The translations under genes and the position numbers were made by a program. A DNA stretch of 64,000 nt from an uncultured cyanobacterium (lineage in GTDB: Bacteria > Cyanobacteriota > Cyanobacteriia > Cyanobacteriales > Nostocaceae): assembly GCA_963740315.1 (NCBI GenBank), contig CAVUDP010000002.1, positions 608,001-672,000 of the forward strand, written 5' to 3'. A model generated the notes under the pieces. The model had not been told where the DNA came from. It made no database searches and worked only from the letters and a program-made list of their open reading frames with translations. Each line of letters opens with the position of its first letter. The first letter of the stretch is position 1. Positions 1 to 9,579 of the stretch are shown here, in pieces.

Positions 1-445
1 CTTATTAGCATTCACCCGTCAAGGTGTACCCAACTTAAAAGGTAGTTCTATCGAAAAAGTAGCTAAAGGCGCTTATATTTTGGTAGATTGCGACGGAACA
101 CCAGATTTAATTTTGATGGGTACTGGTTCCGAAGTACAGCTTTGTGTAGGTGCTGCCGAAAAACTTTCCGCAGAAGGTAAGAAAGTCCGCGTAGTTTCCA
201 TGCCTTGTTGGGAAATATTTGAAGCTCAAGATGATTCTTACAAAGAATCCGTGTTTCCAAAAGCTGTTAGAAAGCGCGTATCCGTAGAAGCTGCTGCAAG
301 CTTTGGCTGGCACAAATACGTTGGTATGGAAGGCGCGATGGTAAGCATCGATCGATTTGGTGCTTCCGCTCCTGGTGCTGTTTGTTTGGAGAAATTCGGC
401 TTCACCGTTGATAATGTAGTCGCAACTGCGAAGAAACTAGGTTAA
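1..445 (+). CDS. tkt: Transketolase, C-terminal part (gene starts before the window)
   Basis: Frame open from position 2 (LLAFTRQGVP...PDLILMGTGSEV...RVVSMPCWE...SIDRFGASAPG...FGFT), typical of the transketolase C-terminal domain. Confidence 0.95.
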   Translation, partial: LLAFTRQGVPNLKGSSIEKVAKGAYILVDCDGTPDLILMGTGSEVQLCVGAAEKLSAEGKKVRVVSMPCWEIFEAQDDSYKESVFPKAVRKRVSVEAAASFGWHKYVGMEGAMVSIDRFGASAPGAVCLEKFGFTVDNVVATAKKLG

Positions 446-480
446 TTAGTAGTAGTTGAATAATTGAATAATTGTTCTTG

Positions 481-509
481 AGGTGGGTGTAATAGCCCGC
501 CTTTTTTTT
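481..509 (+). terminator. Rho-independent terminator after tkt
   Basis: AGGTGGG-loop-CCCGCCT stem followed by a T run. Confidence 0.75.
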
Positions 510-525
510 GTTTACTCATAAATAA

Positions 526-583
526 TACCCTCAGACTAGAAGTCTGGGGAACCACAATTACAAAGCCCACCTGCGTGGGCTAA
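526..583. repeat. Dispersed REP-like element (CCCTCAGACT..AGTCTGGGG..ACAAAGCCCACCTGCGTGGGCTA family)
   Basis: Related copies at 20154-20208 (reverse), 49467-49585, 17467-17524 and 18056-18112. Confidence 0.7.
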
Positions 584-609
584 AAAATCTAATTTTTTTT
601 ATAATTAAT

Positions 610-635
610 GTAGAGACGTAGCATTGCTACGTCTC
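610..635. repeat. GTAG-type REP palindrome GTAGAGACGTAGCAnTGCTACGTCTC
   Basis: Copies at 22961-22986, 27478-27502 and 60022-60050; degenerate copies near 36418 and 56393. Confidence 0.8.
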
Positions 636-787
636 CCTGTATTTCAATTTGTATAGAGAATTTAGTAAAATATTACAACCTCTAGAAACAAAAAAGCCCC
701 AGCTAAAAACCAAGCAGTACAGCCAAAATTTTCAATCAAATTGCGTTAAATTAGATAAAGAAGTATTCTACAAATAAAAAATAGGAG

Positions 788-1087
788 TTGATTATGCAAG
801 AAGTTAAAAGCCAAAACCCCGAACTTGAAAATAGAATCAAACCAATAGTAGAAAAACTAATTAAAGCAAATAGCCTCTATCAAGTAAAATTGAAAAAGCA
901 TGAAATGGTAAAAAAGTTAGTAGATTTATTTGCAAGCTTTTCTGAAGAAGAATTTAGAGCTATTAAAGAGAATGAGCTAATAAAAAGGATTGACAGTATT
1001 CTTGTTGTAGAAGCAGTTTCAGGCACATTAAATGACTTAACACCAGAACAAATTGCAATTTATGATGAAGCAGTAGAAGGAAGATAG
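788..1087 (+). CDS. Putative antitoxin partner of the downstream PIN toxin (ATG at 794 likely)
   Basis: Small gene ending 5 nt before a VapC-type gene; AGGAG SD upstream; acidic C-terminus. Confidence 0.65.
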   Translation: MIMQEVKSQNPELENRIKPIVEKLIKANSLYQVKLKKHEMVKKLVDLFASFSEEEFRAIKENELIKRIDSILVVEAVSGTLNDLTPEQIAIYDEAVEGR

Positions 1088-1092
1088 ATAGT

Positions 1093-1503
1093 TTGACTTA
1101 TTTATTAGATACGAATATTATCAGTTACATTTTAAAAAGACAAAATCTAGCAGTAAATCGGAGATTAGAAGAAGTTCGTCGTTTAGGAGAAGAAGTATTT
1201 GTAAGCTGTATAACTTATTACGAGATCAAAAGAGGACTTTTAGCTTTAAATGCTACAAGACAGTTAGCTGATTTTAATTCTTTGTTCCAAATATATCCGA
1301 TTTTATATCTAGATAATATAGAAATTATAGAATCAGGTTGTAGAATTCATGCCGATTTGAAGAACAAAGGTACACCAATTCAAGATGCAGATGTTTTAAT
1401 TGCGGCAACTGCTATTACACGCGGGTTGATTTTGGTTTCTAATGATTCGGATATGGTTCGAGTTGAGGGGATTGATTTAGAGAATTGGGTGGATGAAAGT
1501 TGA
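1093..1503 (+). CDS. vapC: VapC-family PIN-domain ribonuclease toxin
   Basis: YLLDTNIIS, ITYYE, DVLIAATA and LVSND acidic PIN motifs. Confidence 0.92.
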   Translation: MTYLLDTNIISYILKRQNLAVNRRLEEVRRLGEEVFVSCITYYEIKRGLLALNATRQLADFNSLFQIYPILYLDNIEIIESGCRIHADLKNKGTPIQDADVLIAATAITRGLILVSNDSDMVRVEGIDLENWVDES

Positions 1504-1564
1504 GATTTGAGAATACAAATAATTAGAATACGCTTTATTTTAAAAATCTATAAGATGTGATTTT

Positions 1565-2590
1565 ATGGATATAAAAGAATTAAAAGAAAGATATCTTGCA
1601 GGAGAAAGAGATTTTTCGGGTCTAGACTTGAGTAATATAGATTCTAGTGAATTATCTATGGGATCTATAAGTTTAAACGGTGCGGATTTTAGTAATACTA
1701 ATTTACGCGGCGTAAACTTTGATTATGTCTATCTACGTCATACTAATTTCAGTGATGCTAATTTAGCGAATGCTTCTTTTATATATGCTAATCTTTCTCA
1801 AGCTAATTTTAGTAATGCTAATTTAGAAAACGCAAAATTTCATGATGCTGTTTTAAAAGAAGCTAATTTCAGCAATGCTAATTTAACAGATGCTAAATTA
1901 CTGCACGCTAACTTATATAAAGCCAATTTAAATAATGCGATTAACGCTGTAACTGTATCCAATTTCCATCAAGATTCCGAAGCTAATTTAGATTTAGAAA
2001 TTGTATCCTCTATAAAAGAATCTTCTCACGGTCTTAGCTTTATTAGTGAGGGAGATTATGGATATGAAGTGTTTTTATGGGACGTTAACAAGCGAGGGGA
2101 ATTTACTGTTAATAAACTAATACAAATTATTGGTCATCCCAATTATTCATATCCAAATCATAGATGGGGTAATATTGAAGAAGTTCCAGATAAGGAAGAT
2201 TTAAAAATTGCCTTTGCTCGCGAACATGAGCCACAACCTGAAGAACCTCTTATTATTGATGGTATTGAATATGAAATAATAGAAAATCCTCCTAACCCAT
2301 ATTCTAAGCCAGATTTAGATTATTCAGATGAATATGTAGTTGAATGCGAAATATATTCTAAGTACAGGTTATTCGACCATTTTTTCGGATTTGTTTACGG
2401 TGATGGTGGCATTTGGCTAGATCAAAAAGACATTTTAGAAAGGTTTCTGAAATTTGCTCGTATTGTCACAGATAACTTGAGTGATATCACAATTTTTAGA
2501 TTGGGAGAAACACAGGTTCATGTGTATTTAGTTGGTCAAACAAAGAATGGTAATTGGATTGTGATTCATACCATCTCTATAGAAACGTAA
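1565..2590 (+). CDS. Pentapeptide-repeat protein fused to a NuiA (nuclease A inhibitor)-like domain
   Basis: N-terminal A(N/D)(F/L)xx repeats; C-terminal GLSFISEGDYGYEVFLW ... NLSDITIFRLGETQVHVYLVGQTKNGNWIVIHTISIET resembles NuiA. Confidence 0.8.
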   Translation: MDIKELKERYLAGERDFSGLDLSNIDSSELSMGSISLNGADFSNTNLRGVNFDYVYLRHTNFSDANLANASFIYANLSQANFSNANLENAKFHDAVLKEANFSNANLTDAKLLHANLYKANLNNAINAVTVSNFHQDSEANLDLEIVSSIKESSHGLSFISEGDYGYEVFLWDVNKRGEFTVNKLIQIIGHPNYSYPNHRWGNIEEVPDKEDLKIAFAREHEPQPEEPLIIDGIEYEIIENPPNPYSKPDLDYSDEYVVECEIYSKYRLFDHFFGFVYGDGGIWLDQKDILERFLKFARIVTDNLSDITIFRLGETQVHVYLVGQTKNGNWIVIHTISIET

Positions 2591-2814
2591 AACCCTTGAT
2601 ATTTTTTATATTCTGTTACCGTTTCTATGTAAAATGTGTCTAATTTCGGTATTTGTAATGCCTGAACTGACTACCGATCGCATTTCACCCTTCTCGGAGT
2701 GTAAGATAAATACCCGGACTTCATGCCATCAAACCAATAACATATACTTAAAAAGATAAGAGCAAAAAGTTAGAAATCTTAACTCATCACTCCAAACACC
2801 TAACTTTTTAAAAA

Positions 2815-2888
2815 TGAGCGAGGAGGGATTTGAACCCCCGACACCGTGGTCCGTAGCCACGTGCTCTAGTCCACTGAGCTACACGCCC
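2815..2888 (-). tRNA. tRNA-Arg(ACG)
   Basis: Reverse complement GGGCGTGTAGCTCAGTGGACTAGAGCACGTGGCTACGGACCACGGTGTCGGGGGTTCAAATCCCTCCTCGCTCA folds as a cloverleaf with anticodon ACG; CCA not encoded. Confidence 0.95.
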
Positions 2889-2922
2889 TTATAACTCAAT
2901 TATATTAACATATGTCAGTCGT

Positions 2923-3477
2923 ATGACACAAGACAATTTTCAAAATTCCCTGAATCCTTTACTTCAAAATGGTTTAACTCATTTAGATAATCGTGGAGAA
3001 GCCCAGATGGTAGATGTATCTGCCAAAGCATCCACCGTTAGACAAGCTGTAGCTGCGGGTAAAGTGCGGATGAAACAAGAAACTTTTGCTGCAATTCAAT
3101 CGGGAAATGCTCCAAAGGGCGATGTCTTGGCAACGGCGAGGCTAGCCGGAATTATGGCTGCTAAACAAACAGCGAATTTAATTCCTTTATGTCATCCTTT
3201 ACCTTTACAAAAAATTGAAGTGCAAATAACGCCTTTACCTCAACTACCGGGTTATTCCATTCAAGCAACAGTTAAAACCAAAGCTGAAACCGGCGTGGAA
3301 ATGGAAGCTTTAACGGCAGTTTCTGTTGCTGCATTAACTTTATACGATATGGCGAAAGCTTTGGAAAAATCGATTCAAATTGAATCAATACATTTAGTTA
3401 GTAAAAGTGGTGGGAAGTCGGGAGATTATTCGGTGGGAGTAGGGAGTAGGGAATGGGGAACGGGGAACGGGGAATAA
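2923..3477 (+). CDS. moaC: Cyclic pyranopterin monophosphate synthase MoaC
   Basis: [43 protein letters not shown] and KSGGKSG motifs. Confidence 0.97.
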   Translation: MTQDNFQNSLNPLLQNGLTHLDNRGEAQMVDVSAKASTVRQAVAAGKVRMKQETFAAIQSGNAPKGDVLATARLAGIMAAKQTANLIPLCHPLPLQKIEVQITPLPQLPGYSIQATVKTKAETGVEMEALTAVSVAALTLYDMAKALEKSIQIESIHLVSKSGGKSGDYSVGVGSREWGTGNGE

Positions 3478-3503
3478 AAAGAATATTAATTTTTTAGTTC
3501 TTT

Positions 3504-3690
3504 TAAATTCACATCTTGCATCATTCTCAAAACCGCTGGAGGTTGCAAACCCCCAGCTAATAGCAAAAGTCGTCTAAAGACGACTAAGTAAGATTTTTAG
3601 TCAACTAGTAGACTTTCGCTAATTGGTTCCTCGGAATTGATTCCGAGGTGGTTTTAAGGCTTAATGAAAACGTTGCAAGATGTGAATTTA
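3504..3690. mobile_element. MITE-like element with a 17 bp perfect terminal inverted repeat enclosing a palindromic repeat
   Basis: TAAATTCACATCTTGCA (3504-3520) and TGCAAGATGTGAATTTA (3674-3690); interior related to 40022-40175 and 13011-13064. Confidence 0.65.
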
Positions 3691-3886
3691 AGACGACTTA
3701 TGCTATGAGCGTCATTATTCGCTTCGCGAAGTAATCGCAAAGCCTTATTTCTCGTTACGAGTGCGTAAGTCCTACTAACTAACCCTATTACATATTGATT
3801 AAAGCAAATGCTTACTCCATCGGAAAGAGAACAATTTTTGCTACCTGTTTTACAATAATTAGAATATGCTTAACAAATCTTAAAAA

Positions 3887-4822
3887 ATGCAGGCAGCTAC
3901 AATTCCTTCTACAACTCCGATTCCCGGTAAATATTGGCAATGGCGCGGACATCATGTTTACTATGTCAAAGCGGGAGAGAAGCATTCTCAACGTCCGCCT
4001 TTATTATTAGTGCATGGTTTCGGTGCTTCCACAGACCACTGGCGCAAGAATATCGCCGAACTCCAGAACGATTTTGAAGTATACGCGATCGACTTATTAG
4101 GATTTGGGCGATCGCAAAAGCCGAAGTTACAGTATGGTGGGAATTTATGGCGCGATCAGTTACACGATTTTATTACTGAAGTAATTGGCGAAAAAGCCGT
4201 ATTAGCGGGTAACTCCCTCGGTGGTTATGCTTGTTTATGTGTAGCAGCCCAACGTCCGGATTCAGTTGCGGGTTTGGTATTACTTAATAGTGCAGGCCCC
4301 TTTAGTAAAGACGAGCCTACAGCAGAACCGGAAGCACTGCAAACAGAAATCGAACCTCCGTTAAATGAAAAATTGCAAAAATTATTCGGCGATATTGCCA
4401 AATTGATTTTTAAACAACCCTTGGCTCAATTTATTTTATTTCAATACATCCGCCAACCTTGGGTAATTCGTCAAACTCTAGAAAAAGTCTATTTAGATAA
4501 AAGTGCAATTACCGACCAGTTAATAGAAGAAATCCGTCGCCCTTCCGGTGATGACGGTGCTTTTGATGTCTTTTGTTCGGTTTTTAGTACTCCCCAAGGA
4601 GAGAAAGTAGACGTGCTTTTGCAACAGTTAACTTGTCCGTTGTTATTGTTATGGGGAGAAGCCAATCCTTGGATGAATGCAAGAGAACGTTCTCAAAAGT
4701 ATCGCCAATATTATCCGCAATTAACAGAATACTATCTCAGAGCGGGTCATTGTCCCCATGATGAAGTACCGAATCAATTAAATCCATTGTTAAGAGATTG
4801 GGTTTTTTCTATTGTCGAGTAG
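3887..4822 (+). CDS. Alpha/beta-fold hydrolase
   Basis: LVHGFGAS, DLLGFGRS, GNSLGG nucleophile elbow, GHCPHDE. Confidence 0.93.
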   Translation: MQAATIPSTTPIPGKYWQWRGHHVYYVKAGEKHSQRPPLLLVHGFGASTDHWRKNIAELQNDFEVYAIDLLGFGRSQKPKLQYGGNLWRDQLHDFITEVIGEKAVLAGNSLGGYACLCVAAQRPDSVAGLVLLNSAGPFSKDEPTAEPEALQTEIEPPLNEKLQKLFGDIAKLIFKQPLAQFILFQYIRQPWVIRQTLEKVYLDKSAITDQLIEEIRRPSGDDGAFDVFCSVFSTPQGEKVDVLLQQLTCPLLLLWGEANPWMNARERSQKYRQYYPQLTEYYLRAGHCPHDEVPNQLNPLLRDWVFSIVE

Positions 4823-4998
4823 TGAGATGGGGAGAGGGGGAGATGGGGAGAGGGGGAGATGGGGAGATGGGGAGAGGGGGAGAGGGGGAGAGGGGGAGAT
4901 GGGGAGAGGGGGAGATGGGGAGATGGGGAGATGGGGAGATGGGGAGAGGGGGAGATGGGGAGATGGGGAGATGGGGAGATGGGGAGACAAGGGGACAA
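4823..4998. repeat. STRR tandem array of 8-mers GGGGAGAT/GGGGAGAG
   Basis: About 20 tandem 8-mers; same family near 42113-42180 and 57792-57885 (reverse). Confidence 0.95.
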
Positions 4999-5117
4999 GG
5001 AGTTAGGAGTTAGAAATTCAATATTAATGGTAACTGGTAACTGTTCACTGCTCACTGTTCACTCCTAACTCTTAACTTCCAATCCAAAATCTAAAATCTA
5101 AAATCTAAAATTATTTC

Positions 5118-5987
5118 ATGGGTTATAAACAAAGTATTGTCCGTGGAGCGATTTTTATTATTGCTGCGGAGTTGATGTTAACTATGAATGGAGTAATTAT
5201 TAAGTTAGCATCAGATGGTTTACCAAATGAAATGATTGTGTTTTTTAGAAATGCGTTTGGTTTATTAAGTTTGATGCCGATATTTGCTCGCGAAGGTACG
5301 GCAATCGTACATACTAAAAAGCTGCATTTGCATTTAGTGCGGGGATTGTGCGGTGTAACGGCTATGTATTGTTTGTTTTACGTGATGGCAAACATTCAAT
5401 TGGCGGATGCAATGCTACTTAAAGCGACTATTCCCATATTTATTCCTTTGGTTGCTTTTAGCTGGTTGAAAGAAAAAATTTCGGTTGCGGCTCGTGTGGC
5501 GATCGCGGTGGGTTTTTGCGGTGTGTTTTTAATTTTAAAACCCGGTAGTGATTTTAATTGGATAATGTTAATTGGTTTAATTAGCAGTGCTTTTGCTTCA
5601 GTTTCGATGGTAACTATCCGTAAGTTATCGGCAACGGAACCTGCTGTACGCACGGTTTTGTATTTTGCGATTATTGCTAGCTTGGTATCGGTTATACCTT
5701 TAAGTTGGGCTTGGAAAACTCCTACTCCTAATGAATGGTTATTGCTAATGGGAGTTGGTATCTGTAGTACTGTGGTTCAGTTGTTAACAACTCGCGGTTA
5801 TGCATCGGCACCTGCTTCTCAAGTGGGAATTTTTTCTTATTCTTCAGTGATATTTGGTGCTTTAATTGGCTGGTTGTTTTGGAATGAATTATGGGATATT
5901 AATTCATTTATAGGGGGTTTATTTATTATTGCTGCTGGTTTCCTAACGCTTCGCGATCGCAATAATAGGATACCGGAAAAAGGTTAA
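5118..5987 (+). CDS. DMT/EamA family membrane transporter
   Basis: About 10 hydrophobic helices in two repeats; FFRN, LxEK and YSSVIFGALIGWLFWNE motifs. Confidence 0.9.
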   Translation: MGYKQSIVRGAIFIIAAELMLTMNGVIIKLASDGLPNEMIVFFRNAFGLLSLMPIFAREGTAIVHTKKLHLHLVRGLCGVTAMYCLFYVMANIQLADAMLLKATIPIFIPLVAFSWLKEKISVAARVAIAVGFCGVFLILKPGSDFNWIMLIGLISSAFASVSMVTIRKLSATEPAVRTVLYFAIIASLVSVIPLSWAWKTPTPNEWLLLMGVGICSTVVQLLTTRGYASAPASQVGIFSYSSVIFGALIGWLFWNELWDINSFIGGLFIIAAGFLTLRDRNNRIPEKG

Positions 5988-6097
5988 AGGTTAAAGGTCA
6001 AAGGTTAAAGGTTAAAGGTTAAATAATTTCATTCCTAACTCCTAATTCCTAACTCATAATTCCTAATTCCTAACTGCTAATTCCTAACTCCCTAATT
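5981..6097. repeat. STRR heptamer arrays (TAAAGGT; CTAATTC)
   Basis: Visible tandem 7-mers between convergent genes. Confidence 0.85.
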
Positions 6098-6099
6098 AA

Positions 6100-6130
6100 C
6101 AAGACGGTTGCCGATAATTAAACCGTCTTG
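6100..6130. terminator. Hairpin between convergent DMT and rel genes
   Basis: CAAGACGGTT-N11-AACCGTCTTG perfect 10 bp stem. Confidence 0.6.
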
Positions 6131-6162
6131 CTAACAATTTTTTCCTTATGGAGATAATAACG

Positions 6163-8430
6163 TTAATCTTCAATCTGTCCCTGACGGCGGATATTAAGAA
6201 TATCGCTCATTTTTTTGATTTGATGAAATACTTGTTCTAATTGTTGTTTATCAGAGACTTCTATTCCCAAATCTATTAACGCTGGTTGATTGATGGCGGT
6301 TTTTACATTTGCATGAGACACGTTGATTTTTTGGTCGCTTAAGCGAGATAAAATATCTTTGAAAACTCCAACGCGATCTAAAGCTTCAATCTGGACGTTG
6401 ACGCTATAACTTTGGGGACGACGCTTACTTACTTCGGTATTATTCCAGCTAACAGGTACTAAACGTTCGCAACCCGCGTGATGTAAGTTATGACATCCTT
6501 GTCGGTGAATGGAAATTCCCCTACCCCGCGTAACTATACCAATAATGGGTTCTCCTGGAATGGGATTACAGCAACCCGCGACATAATACATTAACCCTTC
6601 TACACCAACGATCGGTGAATCGCTGGTGCGAGTAGTAGTATTTATATCCCGTAATGCTTTTGATGCGGTGGTGGGTAAATTGGAAAGAATTTCATCTAAA
6701 TCTGTGACTAAAGGTTGCTGTTCTTTGATTACTTCTCGCCACCGATTTAACACTAAGTTTAAAGTGATTTCACCGTAACCTAAAGCAGCAAGTAAATCTT
6801 CAACGCTTTGGTAATTGCATTTTTCTGCTACCATTTGCATTGGTTCGGATTTGAGTAAGCTTTCAAATCCAGATTTACCCAATTCTTTTTCTAATAAATC
6901 CCTACCACGGGCAATATTTTCTTCTCTGCGCGATCGCTTGTACCACTGCTTGATCCGATTTTTAGCAGCTGAAGTTGCCGAAAAGTTAAGCCAGTCTAGA
7001 CTAGGATGACTGTTTTTCTGAGTCACAATTTCAACAATATCACCATTGTCTAACTTTGTAGAAAGCGGTACCATTCGTCCGTTAACTTTGGCTCCCGCGC
7101 AATGGTTTCCGACTTCGGTGTGAATGCGATAGGCGAAATCCACGGTGGTAGAATTTGGACTTAATGCAACCAAATCGCCTTTTGGTGTAAAGACATAAAT
7201 ATCGTCTTCAAATAGATTATCTTTGATGCTTTCTAAATATTCTTGAGCGTCTTTGAGGTCGTTTTGCCATTCAAGTAGCTGTCGCAACCAGGTAAATTTC
7301 TCATCCGATGTGGTCATATGTGTATTATTAGAACCACCCGTTTCCTTATATATCCAATGGGCTGCGATGCCATACTCGGCAATACGGTGCATTTCTAAGG
7401 TGCGGATTTGTACCTCCATCGGACGACCCCACGGACCGATAACCCCAGTATGCAATGATTGGTAACGGTTGGGTTTAGGTAGTCCTATGTAGTCTTTAAA
7501 TCTACCGGGAATCGGACGAAAAGAATCGTGAACTAATGCTAAAGCGCGATAGCAATCTTCGTTGGATCTGACAATAATTCGCAGCGCGGCTAAATCGTAA
7601 ATTTCGTGAAATTCTTTGTGTTGCCGCTGCATCTTCTGATAAATACTATAAAGATGCTTGGGACGACCGGATAATTCCACACACTCAATTCCCGTTTCTT
7701 TTAAACGAGAACGTAAAGTTTGAGTGACGTTGGCTATTCTTTCTTCTCTCGCCGTGCGTTTGTCGGTAACTAACTGCTGTATTTGACGATAAGAATCGGT
7801 TTCGAGATACTTAAACGCTAAATCTTCCAATTCCCATTTAACGTGCCAAATACCCAAACGATTAGCTAGGGGAGCAAAGATTTCCCTAGTCTCTAATGCT
7901 TTGCTGCGACGTTTATGTTCTGGCATCGCTTCCAAAGTCCGCATATTGTGCAAGCGGTCTGCCAATTTTACAACGATAACGCGAATATCTTGCGCCATCG
8001 CTAAAAACATTCGTCGAAAGTTCTCTGCTTGACTTTCTGTTTTGCTTTTAAAATTAATTTTAGAAAGCTTTGTTACCCCTTCAACTAAGCGTGCTACTTC
8101 CTCTCCAAATCTTTCTTGAATTTCTTCAATTGTAACTTCTGTATCCTCAACTACATCATGTAGAAATCCAGCTGCTATCATGATAGGGCTGCCTCCTAAA
8201 TCCCTAAGCAATCCGGCAACAGCAACGGGATGACAAATGTATGGTTCTCCAGATTTACGCATCTGTCCTTCATGGAGGTTGTAAGCAAATTTAAAGGCGC
8301 GACTAATTAAATCTTTATCGGCAGAATTGGGGTCATTTTCTACATTATTAATCGATGCTGAATGCAAACAGTCTTCCAACCATTCGGGAAGAGTAATATT
8401 TATCTTGGAATCTACAAGTGTAGTCTTCAT
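6163..8430 (-). CDS. rel: Bifunctional (p)ppGpp synthase/hydrolase RelA/SpoT (start more likely 8430 than 8586)
   Basis: HD domain (HEGQMRKSGEPYICHP, LHDVVEDT), synthetase (KDYIGLPKPNRYQSLH, EVQIRT), TGS, CC and ACT domains. Confidence 0.96.
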   Translation of the reverse strand: MKTTLVDSKINITLPEWLEDCLHSASINNVENDPNSADKDLISRAFKFAYNLHEGQMRKSGEPYICHPVAVAGLLRDLGGSPIMIAAGFLHDVVEDTEVTIEEIQERFGEEVARLVEGVTKLSKINFKSKTESQAENFRRMFLAMAQDIRVIVVKLADRLHNMRTLEAMPEHKRRSKALETREIFAPLANRLGIWHVKWELEDLAFKYLETDSYRQIQQLVTDKRTAREERIANVTQTLRSRLKETGIECVELSGRPKHLYSIYQKMQRQHKEFHEIYDLAALRIIVRSNEDCYRALALVHDSFRPIPGRFKDYIGLPKPNRYQSLHTGVIGPWGRPMEVQIRTLEMHRIAEYGIAAHWIYKETGGSNNTHMTTSDEKFTWLRQLLEWQNDLKDAQEYLESIKDNLFEDDIYVFTPKGDLVALSPNSTTVDFAYRIHTEVGNHCAGAKVNGRMVPLSTKLDNGDIVEIVTQKNSHPSLDWLNFSATSAAKNRIKQWYKRSRREENIARGRDLLEKELGKSGFESLLKSEPMQMVAEKCNYQSVEDLLAALGYGEITLNLVLNRWREVIKEQQPLVTDLDEILSNLPTTASKALRDINTTTRTSDSPIVGVEGLMYYVAGCCNPIPGEPIIGIVTRGRGISIHRQGCHNLHHAGCERLVPVSWNNTEVSKRRPQSYSVNVQIEALDRVGVFKDILSRLSDQKINVSHANVKTAINQPALIDLGIEVSDKQQLEQVFHQIKKMSDILNIRRQGQIED

Positions 8431-8725
8431 ATCTGAGTCAAGAGGTTTAGCTATCGAAGATGAACGCCGCAAACGGCATTGCTGTCTCTGGGATGCTGCT
8501 TTCATTGTGAAGGATAGGCTTGCTAATTTGTTAGGATTTGGTTCAATTAGCAATGTTTTTCTTATTAAATAAGTGTTCCGCATCATATTTTGTTCAAAAA
8601 GTGTAATGGCAAATATTGCCTCAATATTTAACTTGAGGCGGAAGTCAGGAAAACTAATTTTTTAAAATTAGATTATTGATGAGATAAAATTCTTGACATT
8701 AATAGTATCTCAATAAAGGTTAGAT

Positions 8726-9085
8726 ATGTCTGTCAATTTAGAAAAATATCGCGCATTTAAAACCAATTTGCGGCAATTGCGTGACGATATCTCTTCTAAG
8801 AAAGCTAATGCTGACCAACTGCGCCAGAGTATGGCATCTTTGCAAAGCTTTTTTGTTGCCGATATCGTACCTTTGACCACTCAATATCCCACAGAGCAGT
8901 CCTATCAAACCGAAATGAGCAAACAATTGCGGCTATTGCAAATAGATATTATGTTTTTTCAAGGAGCGCGACAAGCTTCTACTGCTAAAAGTCGAATAGA
9001 TGCCCTAACCGAACGGTTAACAACCCTAATTGGATACTGCGATGCCATTCTTAAGATGGATAAAGTGGCAGATGACGAACATTAA
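8726..9085 (+). CDS. patD: Heterocyst frequency control protein PatD-like
   Basis: ~120 aa helical protein with QSYQTEMSKQLRLLQIDIMFFQGARQ motif, divergent from rel; recognised from memory of the family. Confidence 0.7.
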   Translation: MSVNLEKYRAFKTNLRQLRDDISSKKANADQLRQSMASLQSFFVADIVPLTTQYPTEQSYQTEMSKQLRLLQIDIMFFQGARQASTAKSRIDALTERLTTLIGYCDAILKMDKVADDEH

Positions 9086-9579
9086 TTAAAAAGCAAATAT
9101 CAAACAATTACAAACAAATAAGAGTGTCCTCTTATACCTAAAGTTTTCTTCTAAAAAAGAAAAACCATTGTAACAGTTTGATATTAGTGAAAGATGATTT
9201 CAGCACTCCTACTTGTAGAGTGATGTTTAGCTTTCAAGTAGATATTAACATTTTTCCCCGATATTTTGGGAAATTAGTCGTATTCATATAGAAGCATTTT
9301 CGATCCGTATCTAATAAATTACTTATGAACAAGGTTATTTCTACCGACTTCGGTCAAAAGCGTGAGTAATAAAGTAATTTTCTGCTTTAATTGCTTGCCA
9401 GTATTGTTAAGTAGTCGATTTAAACGGATACGATATTTTTTGCTTGATTTTGATCGAGGCACAAGTGTAATTGATAATACCTGCTGAGGATTTAGAAAAT
9501 TTTGACGGATAAAGTAACAAGCTTTGTAAAGCGAATCTGGTAAAGTATAAAAATTTAATTAAATAACTGATAACTAATT

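Noticed and set aside
446..2888. tRNA-Arg-anchored integrated island with attL/attR
   Set aside because: The islet is AT-rich and accessory-looking, but I found no duplicate of the tRNA 3' end near tkt and no integrase.
4774..5068. Several overlapping ORFs (PISPSPHL / GRWGDGEM repeats)
   Set aside because: Translations of the 8-mer STRR array; the same applies to ORFs at 11266-11466, 12713-13162 and 57634-58055.
8431..8586. N-terminal extension of Rel in the ORF track
   Set aside because: Not Rel-like and probably leader sequence. Similar over-extended starts affect apcE (45794), the ComB-like gene (47338, runs into repeats), the ECF sigma (50405) and atp1 (58216).
9086..9579. Possible ncRNA or riboswitch in the long patD-ABC spacer
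   Set aside because: Only a short hairpin (CACTC..GAGTG) is visible and I recognise no RNA family motif.
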